Of a stretch of 32,000 bases of DNA, positions 16,463 through 24,065 are shown piece by piece; the first letter of the stretch is position 1, and each line of letters opens with the position of its first letter. A model generated the notes under the pieces. It was not told the DNA's origin and made no database searches. It saw nothing but the letters and a program-made list of their open reading frames with translations. The DNA is taken from positions 639,274-671,273 of the forward strand of contig CAZIYE010000001.1 of the NCBI GenBank assembly GCA_964543385.1, in the 5' to 3' direction. A program made the translations under genes and the position numbers. The stretch comes from an uncultured Candidatus Saccharibacteria bacterium. GTDB lineage: Bacteria > Patescibacteriota > UBA1384 > XYA2-FULL-43-10 > 1-14-0-10-43-13.

Positions 16463-17155
16463 ATGGAAATAGCAGGGATACAAAAACTTACATTAGTAGA
16501 CTTTCCAGGTCATGTTGCGGCAACGGTTTTTACTAGAAGTTGTAATTTTCGCTGTGGTTTTTGTCATAATCCGGAGCTTGTCTTGCCAGCACAATATAAC
16601 GAGCTTCTGTCTGAGCAACAGATAGTTGATTTCATGATATCGCGCTTTGGCAAATTAAATGGAATATGTATCACCGGAGGAGAACCTACCCTCCAAAAGG
16701 ACTGTGATAAATTTATTTCCCATATGAGGGCTCTTGGCTTTGACGTGAAATTAGATACCAACGGCAGCAATCCCAAGATGCTTAAAAAAATTATCAAGGA
16801 TGGTGATGTAAATTACATTGCTATGGATATCAAAGGTCCTTATCAAAAATATAATGAGATTACCTCTTCAAATGACTCGTTGCTCACAGAAAAAGTAAAA
16901 GAGAGTATTGAACTCATAATGAATTCAGGAATAGATTATGAATTCCGCACCACTGTCTGCCATCCTCTCCATGAGGTGAATGATTTTAAAGAAGTGGGAG
17001 AGATGATCAAGGGTGCAAAACACTATTTTATACAACAATTTGTCAAGTCCAAATCAATCAATAGTGAGATGGACTACAAGCCACTTAAAGACTTTGAGGT
17101 TGAAGAAATAAAAAACATTATGACACAATATGTCAATGAAGTGTCTATTAGATAG
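16463..17155 (+). CDS. nrdG: Anaerobic RNR-activating radical SAM protein
   Basis: TRSCNFRCGFCHNPELV (CxxxCxxC), CITGGEPTLQ; likely start ATG 16463 (SD aaagga) rather than TTG 16403 inside the hairpin region. Confidence 0.9.
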   Translation: MEIAGIQKLTLVDFPGHVAATVFTRSCNFRCGFCHNPELVLPAQYNELLSEQQIVDFMISRFGKLNGICITGGEPTLQKDCDKFISHMRALGFDVKLDTNGSNPKMLKKIIKDGDVNYIAMDIKGPYQKYNEITSSNDSLLTEKVKESIELIMNSGIDYEFRTTVCHPLHEVNDFKEVGEMIKGAKHYFIQQFVKSKSINSEMDYKPLKDFEVEEIKNIMTQYVNEVSIR

Positions 17156-17167
17156 AAGAAGGGGTTT

Positions 17168-18103
17168 ATGTTTGAATCATTTGTAAAATCTATTATCATG
17201 AAATTTATTCCTGAAGGTCATCTTTTTGATGCGGTTAGTTTTTTTATTTACGATGTTATCAAAATTTCACTCCTGATGATTATTATCATTTTTATTGTCT
17301 CCATTGTCCGTACTTATTTACCACCAGCTAAAATAAAAAAAATTCTCTCGCACAAAAATTCAATTCTCGGTAATATCTCGGCAAGTTTTCTAGGCATCAT
17401 TACGCCATTTTGTACTTGTTCGGCTATTCCACTATTCCTTGGTTTTCTTGAAGCCGGAGTACCATTAGGCGTGACTTTTTCATTTTTAGTTGCCAGCCCG
17501 ATGATAAATGAGATCGCAATTGTACTATTGCTCGGAACTTTTGGCTGGAAGATTGCCCTTATTTATGTAGTTAGCGGACTCCTGATTGCAATTATTTCCG
17601 GCTTGATTATCGGCAAAATGAATGTCGAGAGTCTCATAAACGAAGATTTCGCGACCAGAAAAATTGCCGATCCAGTAGTTTACAAGAGTTTTAAGGACAG
17701 AGCTATCTATGGTAATGATTATGCATTTAGTATTTATAAGAAAGTGTTACCATATCTGCTGATCGGTATTGCTCTCGGTGCTTTTATGCATGGCTATGTG
17801 CCGGCAGATTTCTTATCAAAATATATAGGAGAAGGGAACTGGTTTGCGGTTCCGCTTGCAGTTTTATTTGGAGTACCACTTTACTCAAATGCAGCTGGAG
17901 TAATCCCGCTGATTTCTGTACTGACAGAAAAAGGTGTGGCAATCGGCACAAGTCTTGCCTTTATGATGGCAGTAGTCGGACTTTCGTTGCCAGAGTTCAT
18001 GATTTTAAAGAGGATAATGAAACCAAAACTAATAATTATTTTTGCCGCTACCGTTGCAACCGGAATTATTTTGACCGGATACCTGTTTAATGCAATCATC
18101 TAA
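17168..18103 (+). CDS. Permease, DUF318/YraQ-like
   Basis: ITPFCTCSAIPLFLGFLEAGVPLGVTFSFLVASPMINEIAI and repeated 'GVPLYSNAAGVIPLISVLTEKGVAIGTSLAFMMAVVGLSLPE'. Confidence 0.88.
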   Translation: MFESFVKSIIMKFIPEGHLFDAVSFFIYDVIKISLLMIIIIFIVSIVRTYLPPAKIKKILSHKNSILGNISASFLGIITPFCTCSAIPLFLGFLEAGVPLGVTFSFLVASPMINEIAIVLLLGTFGWKIALIYVVSGLLIAIISGLIIGKMNVESLINEDFATRKIADPVVYKSFKDRAIYGNDYAFSIYKKVLPYLLIGIALGAFMHGYVPADFLSKYIGEGNWFAVPLAVLFGVPLYSNAAGVIPLISVLTEKGVAIGTSLAFMMAVVGLSLPEFMILKRIMKPKLIIIFAATVATGIILTGYLFNAII

Positions 18104-18109
18104 AAAGCG

Positions 18110-18150
18110 AAAAGGACGCGAGAGCCTATGAGGGCAGGTTGCGTCCTTTT
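18110..18150. terminator. Bidirectional terminator AAAAGGACGC...GCGTCCTTTT between convergent genes
   Basis: 10-bp arms. Confidence 0.75.
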
Positions 18151-18173
18151 GAAGAGGGGGTATCGTACGAGGA

Positions 18174-18518
18174 TTATTGCACGATACAGAAGGGGAGTTT
18201 GCCGATGTGAATCAGCCCATCGACCTCGGGGAGACCGGTGACTTTGTGATTACACCACCAGACATTCGAGATGGAGCTGGCGCTGGAAATCGTGATAGCA
18301 CCGACTTTTTCCACGATCTCCATCAGGTCGATTTCGGTCTCCATCGTGAAGATGGGCAGTTCGGTCAGCTTCGGGTTATTCGTGCAGCTGCCGCCGTGTG
18401 GGCAGTACACGATCTGGAGTGGCGTGGTCTCTTCGGCAAAGGTAGCCGATAAACCGGCGAGGGCTTCGCGAAGGGCATCCGCTGTGGGTTTGCCGCTGAG
18501 CAGGTATCTTTTCAGCAT
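18174..18518 (-). CDS. Hypothetical protein (114 aa) with Cys/His-rich 'YCPHGGSC' and 'WWCNH' motifs
   Basis: SD AGGAG before ATG (minus strand), terminator downstream, higher GC than surroundings. Confidence 0.65.
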   Translation of the reverse strand: MLKRYLLSGKPTADALREALAGLSATFAEETTPLQIVYCPHGGSCTNNPKLTELPIFTMETEIDLMEIVEKVGAITISSASSISNVWWCNHKVTGLPEVDGLIHIGKLPFCIVQ

Positions 18519-18625
18519 AGTTTTCTCCTATTTCGGCAGTTGCCAAGATTGGCTTAACTGTTTATAACACAATATTATTAAATTGGCTACCATAATCCTT
18601 AATGAATAGTCGCCAGGAAGTGAAA

Positions 18626-18958
18626 TCACCGCCTGGCGAATGGAACAACATCGAGATCGATTACTTTCCATTGGGCAATCCAGTCATCCTCATCCTCTGC
18701 TGGGATTTGGGCCAATGCGAGCCATTCGCCAAATGGCTTATTGTTTTCGATCCGTCGGAGTAGGCGGTCGAAGTGGACACCCTTGATCTGCCTGACTGAG
18801 ACATAAAGCTCGATATATCCAAAGCCGATATAATAGTTCCAGATTGTTACATTAAATCGGCGCGTGTTACCTTTGGTGGTTTGGACTGTGATTTTGAGCT
18901 TTCTCTCAATGGGCGATTTTGGCAAACCAAGAGCATTAAGAATTTCTACTTCTCTCAT
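18626..18958 (-). CDS. Hypothetical protein (110 aa)
   Basis: SD aaaggggg upstream; stop overlaps inverted repeat TCGCCAGG...CCTGGCGA (18610-18639). Confidence 0.65.
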   Translation of the reverse strand: MREVEILNALGLPKSPIERKLKITVQTTKGNTRRFNVTIWNYYIGFGYIELYVSVRQIKGVHFDRLLRRIENNKPFGEWLALAQIPAEDEDDWIAQWKVIDLDVVPFARR

Positions 18959-19082
18959 GGTAGGCCCCCTTTAGATAGATAGTACATTTAAATATCTTCA
19001 ATTCATTATGCTTTATCCTAATTTTGCAATGAGATGGGAGATATGAAATAATTTTAGTGGCATTAAGTTAACAAGGATTCAT

Positions 19083-19529
19083 ATGACAGACAGGAAAATG
19101 GGCATCGGTTTAGGAGTGATGATTTTAAGCGATAGCAAAGTGTTGCTTGGCCAACGTCATATCGATCCCAGTAAGGCGGATTCAGAATTGCATGGCGAAG
19201 GAACCTGGACAATGCCAGGAGGCAAATTGGAATTCGGCGAAAGCTTTGAAGATGCCTGTATTCGTGAAACCAGTGAAGAAACAGGACTCATAATTAGAAA
19301 AGAAGACCTTAAACTGATTAGTCTGACCAATGATATTGTTCCGACAGCCCATTTTGTAACAGTAGGCTTCCTCTGCGAAATTTTTGAGGGCACGCCAAAA
19401 GTGATGGAGCCAGATGAGATTACTGATTGGAACTGGTTTGACCTAAACAACTTGCCTGCAAAAGTTTTCCCACCAAGCCAAAAAGTATTAGATAATTATA
19501 TCGCTGGCAAGATCTATAGGACTGAATAA
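19083..19529 (+). CDS. NUDIX hydrolase, NUDT15/MutT-like
   Basis: GGKLEFGESFEDACIRETSEETGL perfect NUDIX box; TAHFVTVGFLCEI. Confidence 0.93.
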   Translation: MTDRKMGIGLGVMILSDSKVLLGQRHIDPSKADSELHGEGTWTMPGGKLEFGESFEDACIRETSEETGLIIRKEDLKLISLTNDIVPTAHFVTVGFLCEIFEGTPKVMEPDEITDWNWFDLNNLPAKVFPPSQKVLDNYIAGKIYRTE

Positions 19530-19537
19530 AAATAAAA

Positions 19538-19569
19538 GACCGGATCACACTGCAAGAGTGTGTCCGGTC
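19538..19569. terminator. Bidirectional terminator GACCGGA...TCCGGTC between convergent genes
   Basis: Inverted repeat GACCGGAtCACACT...AGTGTGTCCGGTC. Confidence 0.75.
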
Positions 19570-19635
19570 ATAAGTAGTCCATTGGGCATTCGCCCAGATG
19601 AGAGTCGGTAACTGATTGACATGAGTCAATCTTGA

Positions 19636-19869
19636 TTAGACGTTTGCGGCCTCGTCGCTGTAGAGCTCCTCGAGACGGCGGACACGCTGCGCTTCGCGTT
19701 CGATTTGATCGAGACGGATGAACTCAAGCCAAGCACGGTCTTCGGCTTCGGTCATTGGTTCGTCGAATTCGTATTTATCGTCTTTCGCCGGAAAGTCGAT
19801 AAATACGTCGAAGTCAGAGAACCCAGGGGTGTCACTGTCATTTCCGAATCCATAACCATCGTATTGCAT
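19636..19869 (-). CDS. Small acidic hypothetical protein (77 aa)
   Basis: SD aaggag upstream of ATG; convergent with NUDIX gene across shared terminator. Confidence 0.6.
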   Translation of the reverse strand: MQYDGYGFGNDSDTPGFSDFDVFIDFPAKDDKYEFDEPMTEAEDRAWLEFIRLDQIEREAQRVRRLEELYSDEAANV

Positions 19870-19988
19870 GAGGGTCTCCTTACGGGATTTGGTATGATAA
19901 AATTACACTAAAGTGTAGAAAATAGCAATAAATTAGGGGCATTATGGAAAATAATATAGATAAGGCAAAAGATTATTTCTTTTAAACG

Positions 19989-20501
19989 ATGGAAGAAGCC
20001 AAGGATGATCCGTGGCATTTGGTTGGTCATGTTCCCGAAGCAGTTAAGTGGACAGAGAAAATTATTTCCAAATATCCCGCAGCCGATAGGGAAGTTGCTT
20101 TAATTTCTGTTTGGCTTCACGATTCAGCTCATTATGAAGGCGATTGGGAAGTTGATCATGCAGTCAAAAGCGAAAATAAGGCAAGAAAATTTCTTCAAGA
20201 ATTAGGTCCAACTAAAGATAAAATAGATAAGATATGTCACTGCATCCGAGCACATCGCTGCAGGGATGTTTTGCCGCAAACCATTGAGGCAAAAATAGTG
20301 GCTTGTGCTGATTCGGCTAGCCATATGACAGATATTCTCTATATAGATATGATAAAGAACGACAAGACACAATACGCACTCGAGAAATTAGAACGTGATT
20401 ACCGTGATCTTTCCGCTTTTCCTGACGTAAAAAATAACCTCGCTCCTGTTTATGAAGCCTGGAAAAGATTAATAATAAGTCTGGCTGATATCAATATCTA
20501 A
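19989..20501 (+). CDS. HD-domain hydrolase; 5' end apparently interrupted by an in-frame TAA (upstream ATG at 19944)
   Basis: HxHD-type signature 'VALISVWLHDSAHYEG', DPWHLVGHVPEAVKW; no SD before 19989; in-frame MENNIDKAKDYFF* immediately upstream. Confidence 0.75.
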   Translation: MEEAKDDPWHLVGHVPEAVKWTEKIISKYPAADREVALISVWLHDSAHYEGDWEVDHAVKSENKARKFLQELGPTKDKIDKICHCIRAHRCRDVLPQTIEAKIVACADSASHMTDILYIDMIKNDKTQYALEKLERDYRDLSAFPDVKNNLAPVYEAWKRLIISLADINI

Positions 20502-20520
20502 GAATTTTTGTTGGGGGGAT

Positions 20521-20550
20521 GCCAACCCAACGGATTACCGGAGGGTTGGC
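20521..20550. terminator. Inverted repeat GCCAACCC...GGGTTGGC downstream of minus-strand gene 20559-20897
   Basis: 8-bp GC-rich arms. Confidence 0.6.
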
Positions 20551-20558
20551 GTGCGTGC

Positions 20559-20897
20559 TTAGCGCCATGTGAGAATGCTGCTTGATAACTCGCGGTATGA
20601 TTGTGCAGTGGTGTTTGTCGGTCTACCGCAGGTTATCACGATCTTTCCTTTGAAGGACTTAAAGATCGCAGTAATCGCTGCCGTGGCGGCAGGGTTGTCG
20701 CCAATCTCGCAGAGATGGGCGTTGAGGATGATGCGGTCGATCTGCTCATGATTCTCCTCGAGCAGATATAGCGCATCGATTGGGGAGGTGGCAGGCATCA
20801 ATTCCATGTTATTGCCTTGAATGCTCCGGTCGTCTCTGATTTCTGATTCATATTCCAGAACCAGAATGGCTTTGTTAGCTTTATTCTTTTCATTCAT
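20559..20897 (-). CDS. Hypothetical protein (112 aa), possibly a degenerate receiver-like fold
   Basis: KAILVLEYESEI...DALYLLEENHEQIDRIILNAHL...FKGKIVITCG alternation; SD gaaagga upstream; fold guess is weak. Confidence 0.6.
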   Translation of the reverse strand: MNEKNKANKAILVLEYESEIRDDRSIQGNNMELMPATSPIDALYLLEENHEQIDRIILNAHLCEIGDNPAATAAITAIFKSFKGKIVITCGRPTNTTAQSYRELSSSILTWR

Positions 20898-21090
20898 CAG
20901 ATGGGGGTTCCTTTCAAATGTGATTCTGCTAACTAGTCGTAGTTTATAAAATCAGATCGATTCAGAGTAGGTAGAAAAACACAAAAATATAGCCAATTTA
21001 GTAATTTTTTGTAATTTTTCATAAAATAAATATTTTATCGTAATCTCAGTCATTTTTGATCGGTTCTTACTTTTAGGATAGTATTATTAC

Positions 21091-21657
21091 ATGACTTACA
21101 AAACACATAAAACGGTAGCGCTTTTGGCATCATCGGTGTTATTTATCCATGTACATAAAATTGAACTAACTGTCCCAATGATTCTATTGCTAGCTATAAT
21201 AACGGTCTTGGGATCTAGCGTCCCAGATCTAGATACGCCATCTGGCAAAGTTTGGAGTAAAATTCCAGCGGGATCTCTTATCGGCCGCATAATAAACCCT
21301 ATCTTTATAGGTGGGCATCGTCATCTTTCTCACTCAATATTGGGTTTTGGCATTTTTATTGCTCTGTTTGGCCTATTAATAAAACTATTACCTCAATATC
21401 CTATGCTTAGTAATCTACACTCCGCTGATTTAATGCTAGCTTTTTCGGCTGGCTATCTTTCTCATATATTTGCTGACTTGTTTACTGAAGCTGGCGTACC
21501 TCTACTCTTTCCAATGGGTTATCACTTTGGTATTCCACCGGATCCTTTTAAAAGAGTTAGAATAAAAACAGGCAGGTGGTTTGAAAACTTAGTTATTTAT
21601 CCTGCTGTAAATATTGCATTGATTGTGATAATTTATGACTATCTTAAAAATAGGTAG
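21091..21657 (+). CDS. Membrane-bound metal-dependent hydrolase, YdjM/DUF457-like
   Basis: MTYKTHKTVALLASSVL...LGSSVPDLDTPSGK...GGHRHLSHSILG...GYLSHIFADLFTEAGVPLLFPMGYHFGIP. Confidence 0.9.
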   Translation: MTYKTHKTVALLASSVLFIHVHKIELTVPMILLLAIITVLGSSVPDLDTPSGKVWSKIPAGSLIGRIINPIFIGGHRHLSHSILGFGIFIALFGLLIKLLPQYPMLSNLHSADLMLAFSAGYLSHIFADLFTEAGVPLLFPMGYHFGIPPDPFKRVRIKTGRWFENLVIYPAVNIALIVIIYDYLKNR

Positions 21658-21663
21658 GTAAAT

Positions 21664-22407
21664 ATGATTTGGCTATATTCAATTGTTAGCGTTTGTATTG
21701 TTTCTTCCGTTTCTCTGATAGGGATTTTTGCATTAGTCTTAAACCAAAAATTTTTAAATAAAATACTACTTTTTTTGGTTGCTTTCTCTGCAGGAGGCTT
21801 ACTTGGAGACGCCTTTATTCATCTTTTGCCAGAGAGTATAGAGAAAAGTGGTCTAAACCTTTTTGTTGCCCTATCGGTTCTCTCCGGTATTATCATCTTC
21901 TTCATACTAGAAAAATTTTTGCGTTGGCGGCATTGTCATGATGTGAGCTGTAATGGCCATGCGCATCATCTTGGTACTATCAATCTTATTAGTGACGGGG
22001 TGCACAATTTTATTGATGGTTTATTGATAGGGGCAAGCTTTATGGTTTCAATTCCGCTTGGCGTTACTACAACTCTAGCTGTGGTTTTGCATGAAATACC
22101 ACAGGAACTTGGTAATTTTAGCGTGTTATTGCATTCAGGCTATACCATAAAGAAGGCACTATTTTACAATTTTGTTTCGGCACTTACTGCTATTGTTGGT
22201 GTTGTCATTGTTCTTCTGGTAGGGGAAAGAGTGATGGCATTTAGCGATTTTATGATTCCTTTCACAGTCGGTACATTTATGTATATCTCCCTTTCGGATC
22301 TTATTCCTGAATTGCACAAGGAGATGGGGCGGAAGAAGTCGCTTTTGCAATTAGCGTCATTCGTTTTAGGTATCGGGTTGATGGCGGCTCTCTTGCTCAA
22401 CGAATAG
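21664..22407 (+). CDS. ZIP-family divalent metal transporter
   Basis: LLGDAFIHLLPE; DGVHNFIDGLLIGASFM; VVLHEIPQELGNF metal-binding motifs of TM4/TM5. Confidence 0.93.
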   Translation: MIWLYSIVSVCIVSSVSLIGIFALVLNQKFLNKILLFLVAFSAGGLLGDAFIHLLPESIEKSGLNLFVALSVLSGIIIFFILEKFLRWRHCHDVSCNGHAHHLGTINLISDGVHNFIDGLLIGASFMVSIPLGVTTTLAVVLHEIPQELGNFSVLLHSGYTIKKALFYNFVSALTAIVGVVIVLLVGERVMAFSDFMIPFTVGTFMYISLSDLIPELHKEMGRKKSLLQLASFVLGIGLMAALLLNE

Positions 22408-22577
22408 TAAAAATATTGTAGATTTTTTAAAAAAAAGAGTGTAGAGTTAGAGCTGCAAGAGTGGTCGACCTTGCAGATTATATGACATAATTTGGATAGA
22501 TTTAAATTAGGGTGCGTTCTGGTTCATGCTAATTTGCTAAAATTTGGCTTTTGCGACTAATTTAATCTAAAGAAAAA

Positions 22578-22892
22578 ATGGATCAAGATAACAAGCATGA
22601 GGACTTTGCACCTGCAAAGCCCAATCAAAAGCTTTTCATTGGCGGGTTAGCATGGGCTGCAACCGATGAGGATCTAAAGAAGGCTTTCGAACCTTTTGGT
22701 GAGGTTGTAGCTGCTTCTGTTGTTCGATATCCCGATACTGGCCGTTCCAAAGGCTTCGCTTTTGTTGAGTATGCTACCGTTGAGGAAGCAGTCAAAGCAA
22801 AAGAGGAGATGGACGGTAAGGAAATCGCGGAGCGAGCAATCAAAGTTGACTTTGCCCGACCACGTGAGGAACGAAAAGACGACCGCTTCTAA
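22578..22892 (+). CDS. RNA-binding protein with single RRM domain
   Basis: KLFIGGLAWAATDEDL (RNP2) and GRSKGFAFVEY (RNP1). Confidence 0.95.
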   Translation: MDQDNKHEDFAPAKPNQKLFIGGLAWAATDEDLKKAFEPFGEVVAASVVRYPDTGRSKGFAFVEYATVEEAVKAKEEMDGKEIAERAIKVDFARPREERKDDRF

Positions 22893-22909
22893 ACGGTTCG
22901 TAGCACATA

Positions 22910-22943
22910 AAAAATACCCCCATATTTATATGGGGGTATTTTT
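22910..22943 (+). terminator. Intrinsic terminator AAAAATACCCCCATA...TATGGGGGTATTTTT
   Basis: 15-bp arms with T tract. Confidence 0.88.
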
Positions 22944-22977
22944 GTTATCCCCAAAGAACCTAGTTATCCGCAGTTGA

Positions 22978-23000
22978 AATATACCGGAGGGGGGTATATT
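22978..23000. promoter_or_regulatory. CsoR-operator-like inverted repeat AATATACC-ggagggg-GGTATATT
   Basis: Perfect 8-bp arms flanking a G-rich asymmetric centre, about 70 bp upstream of the csoR-like start; second GGGGTATAA motif at 23012. Confidence 0.6.
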
Positions 23001-23069
23001 GTGGATAGCGAGGGGTATAACTGTGGAGAGTATAAATTATCCCCAATCCAATTTATTATCCTTATCAAC

Positions 23070-23330
23070 ATGGAGACTATGAAATATCAATCAATCTATA
23101 ACAGGCTTAGACGTATAGAGGGTCAGGTGCGTGGTGTGGAGGAAATGATAACTAAGGACAGTGCAGAGAAAGAAATTCTAATCCAACTAGAGGCGTTGAA
23201 GTCATCACTTTCCTCAACTATCAGTTCTTTTCTGGCCGAGATAATTAACAAGAAGCGATTGGACGATGGTTCTTTTGCAGTTGACGAAGACTGGATCAAG
23301 TCTATACTGAGATTCTTGAAGAAGAATTAA
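23070..23330 (+). CDS. CsoR/RcnR (DUF156)-family transcriptional repressor lacking the Cys/His ligands
   Basis: YNRLRRIEGQVRGVEEMITKDSAEKEILIQLEALKSSL family signature; start probably ATG 23070 or 23079, not 22974 which runs through the operator. Confidence 0.88.
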   Translation: METMKYQSIYNRLRRIEGQVRGVEEMITKDSAEKEILIQLEALKSSLSSTISSFLAEIINKKRLDDGSFAVDEDWIKSILRFLKKN

Positions 23331-23350
23331 AAGCTCACAGTTTTTAAAGA

Positions 23351-23383
23351 CAATAAAATACCTCCCGAAATCGGGAGGTATTT
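23351..23383. terminator. Bidirectional terminator AAATACCTCCCGA..TCGGGAGGTATTT
   Basis: Strong inverted repeat between convergent genes (coordinates approximate by a few nt). Confidence 0.75.
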
Positions 23384-23403
23384 TATTGTCTTTATTTTAA
23401 GTA

Positions 23404-23559
23404 TTAAGCATTAATCATAATTGCGCCGTAGATAGTACCGATAGTAATAGAGAGTATACCGACTACTGCAATTGCTACTGCCTCATAATGTTTGAGGTCG
23501 TGAATGTCAACATTCTCACTACCGATTCTTACTACGTCTTTGTGAAGTTTTTTTTCCAT
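23404..23559 (-). CDS. 51-aa small membrane protein MEKKLHKDVVRIGSENVDIHDLKHYEAVAIAVVGILSITIGTIYGAIMINA
   Basis: Start corrected from the track (23652) to ATG at 23559: the extra N-terminus lies in the promoter cassette 23614-23656. Confidence 0.65.
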   Translation of the reverse strand: MEKKLHKDVVRIGSENVDIHDLKHYEAVAIAVVGILSITIGTIYGAIMINA

Positions 23560-23613
23560 TTTTGTAGTCTCTTTTGTAAGAGACCCTCCATTTATTTTTT
23601 CCGCTAAATTGGG

Positions 23614-23656
23614 AAATTGAATAAGTATATCAATAATGCAACATTTTGTCAATAGT
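23614..23656 (-). promoter_or_regulatory. Promoter cassette ACTATTGACAAAATGTTGCATTATTGATATACTTATTCAATTT (TTGACA N17 TATACT)
   Basis: Near-consensus promoter; 41/43 identical to 27183-27225. Confidence 0.88.
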
Positions 23657-23757
23657 TTAAGTCTAAATGACGTGTTTTAATAAAATGTTTGATCTTCAAT
23701 CATTTTTTATTTATAATCTGTAATAGTTAAAACGACATTAATTAAAAAAGGAAGAAA

Positions 23758-23991
23758 ATGGCAAGTGAAGAAAAAGCCAAAAAGGCTGTTAAGGTTGATC
23801 ATGATGTCTGCATTGGATGTGCAACATGCGAAGGCATCGCCCCTGACTATTTCAAGATTGAAGATGGCCTAGCCCATGTCGTCAAGAATTATTCAGAAGA
23901 AGATAATGATCTTATAGAAGAGGCAATCAATAATTGTCCTGTTCAGGCTATATCTATTTCTGACGCTGAAGAAGAAGCAGCAGAGAAATAA
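23758..23991 (+). CDS. Single-cluster ferredoxin
   Basis: VDHDVCIGCATCEGIAPDYF...AINNCPVQAISI. Confidence 0.93.
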   Translation: MASEEKAKKAVKVDHDVCIGCATCEGIAPDYFKIEDGLAHVVKNYSEEDNDLIEEAINNCPVQAISISDAEEEAAEK

Positions 23992-24065
23992 ATACTTAAT
24001 ACTAAAAGATACTCATATAAAAAATCACCCTAATAACCGAGGGTGATTTTTTATATTTATGTAGA

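Noticed and set aside
22974-23069. N-terminal extension MKYTGGGYIVDSEGYNCGEY... of the CsoR-family ORF
   Set aside because: It translates the operator/promoter region; family proteins start at about MKYQSIYNRLRRIEGQ.
23560-23652. N-terminal extension MTKCCIIDILIQFPNLAEKINGGSLTKETTK of the 82-aa ORF
   Set aside because: Shared peptide TKCCIIDILI with 27022-27222 is caused by the duplicated promoter sequence, not by homologous proteins; start moved to 23559.
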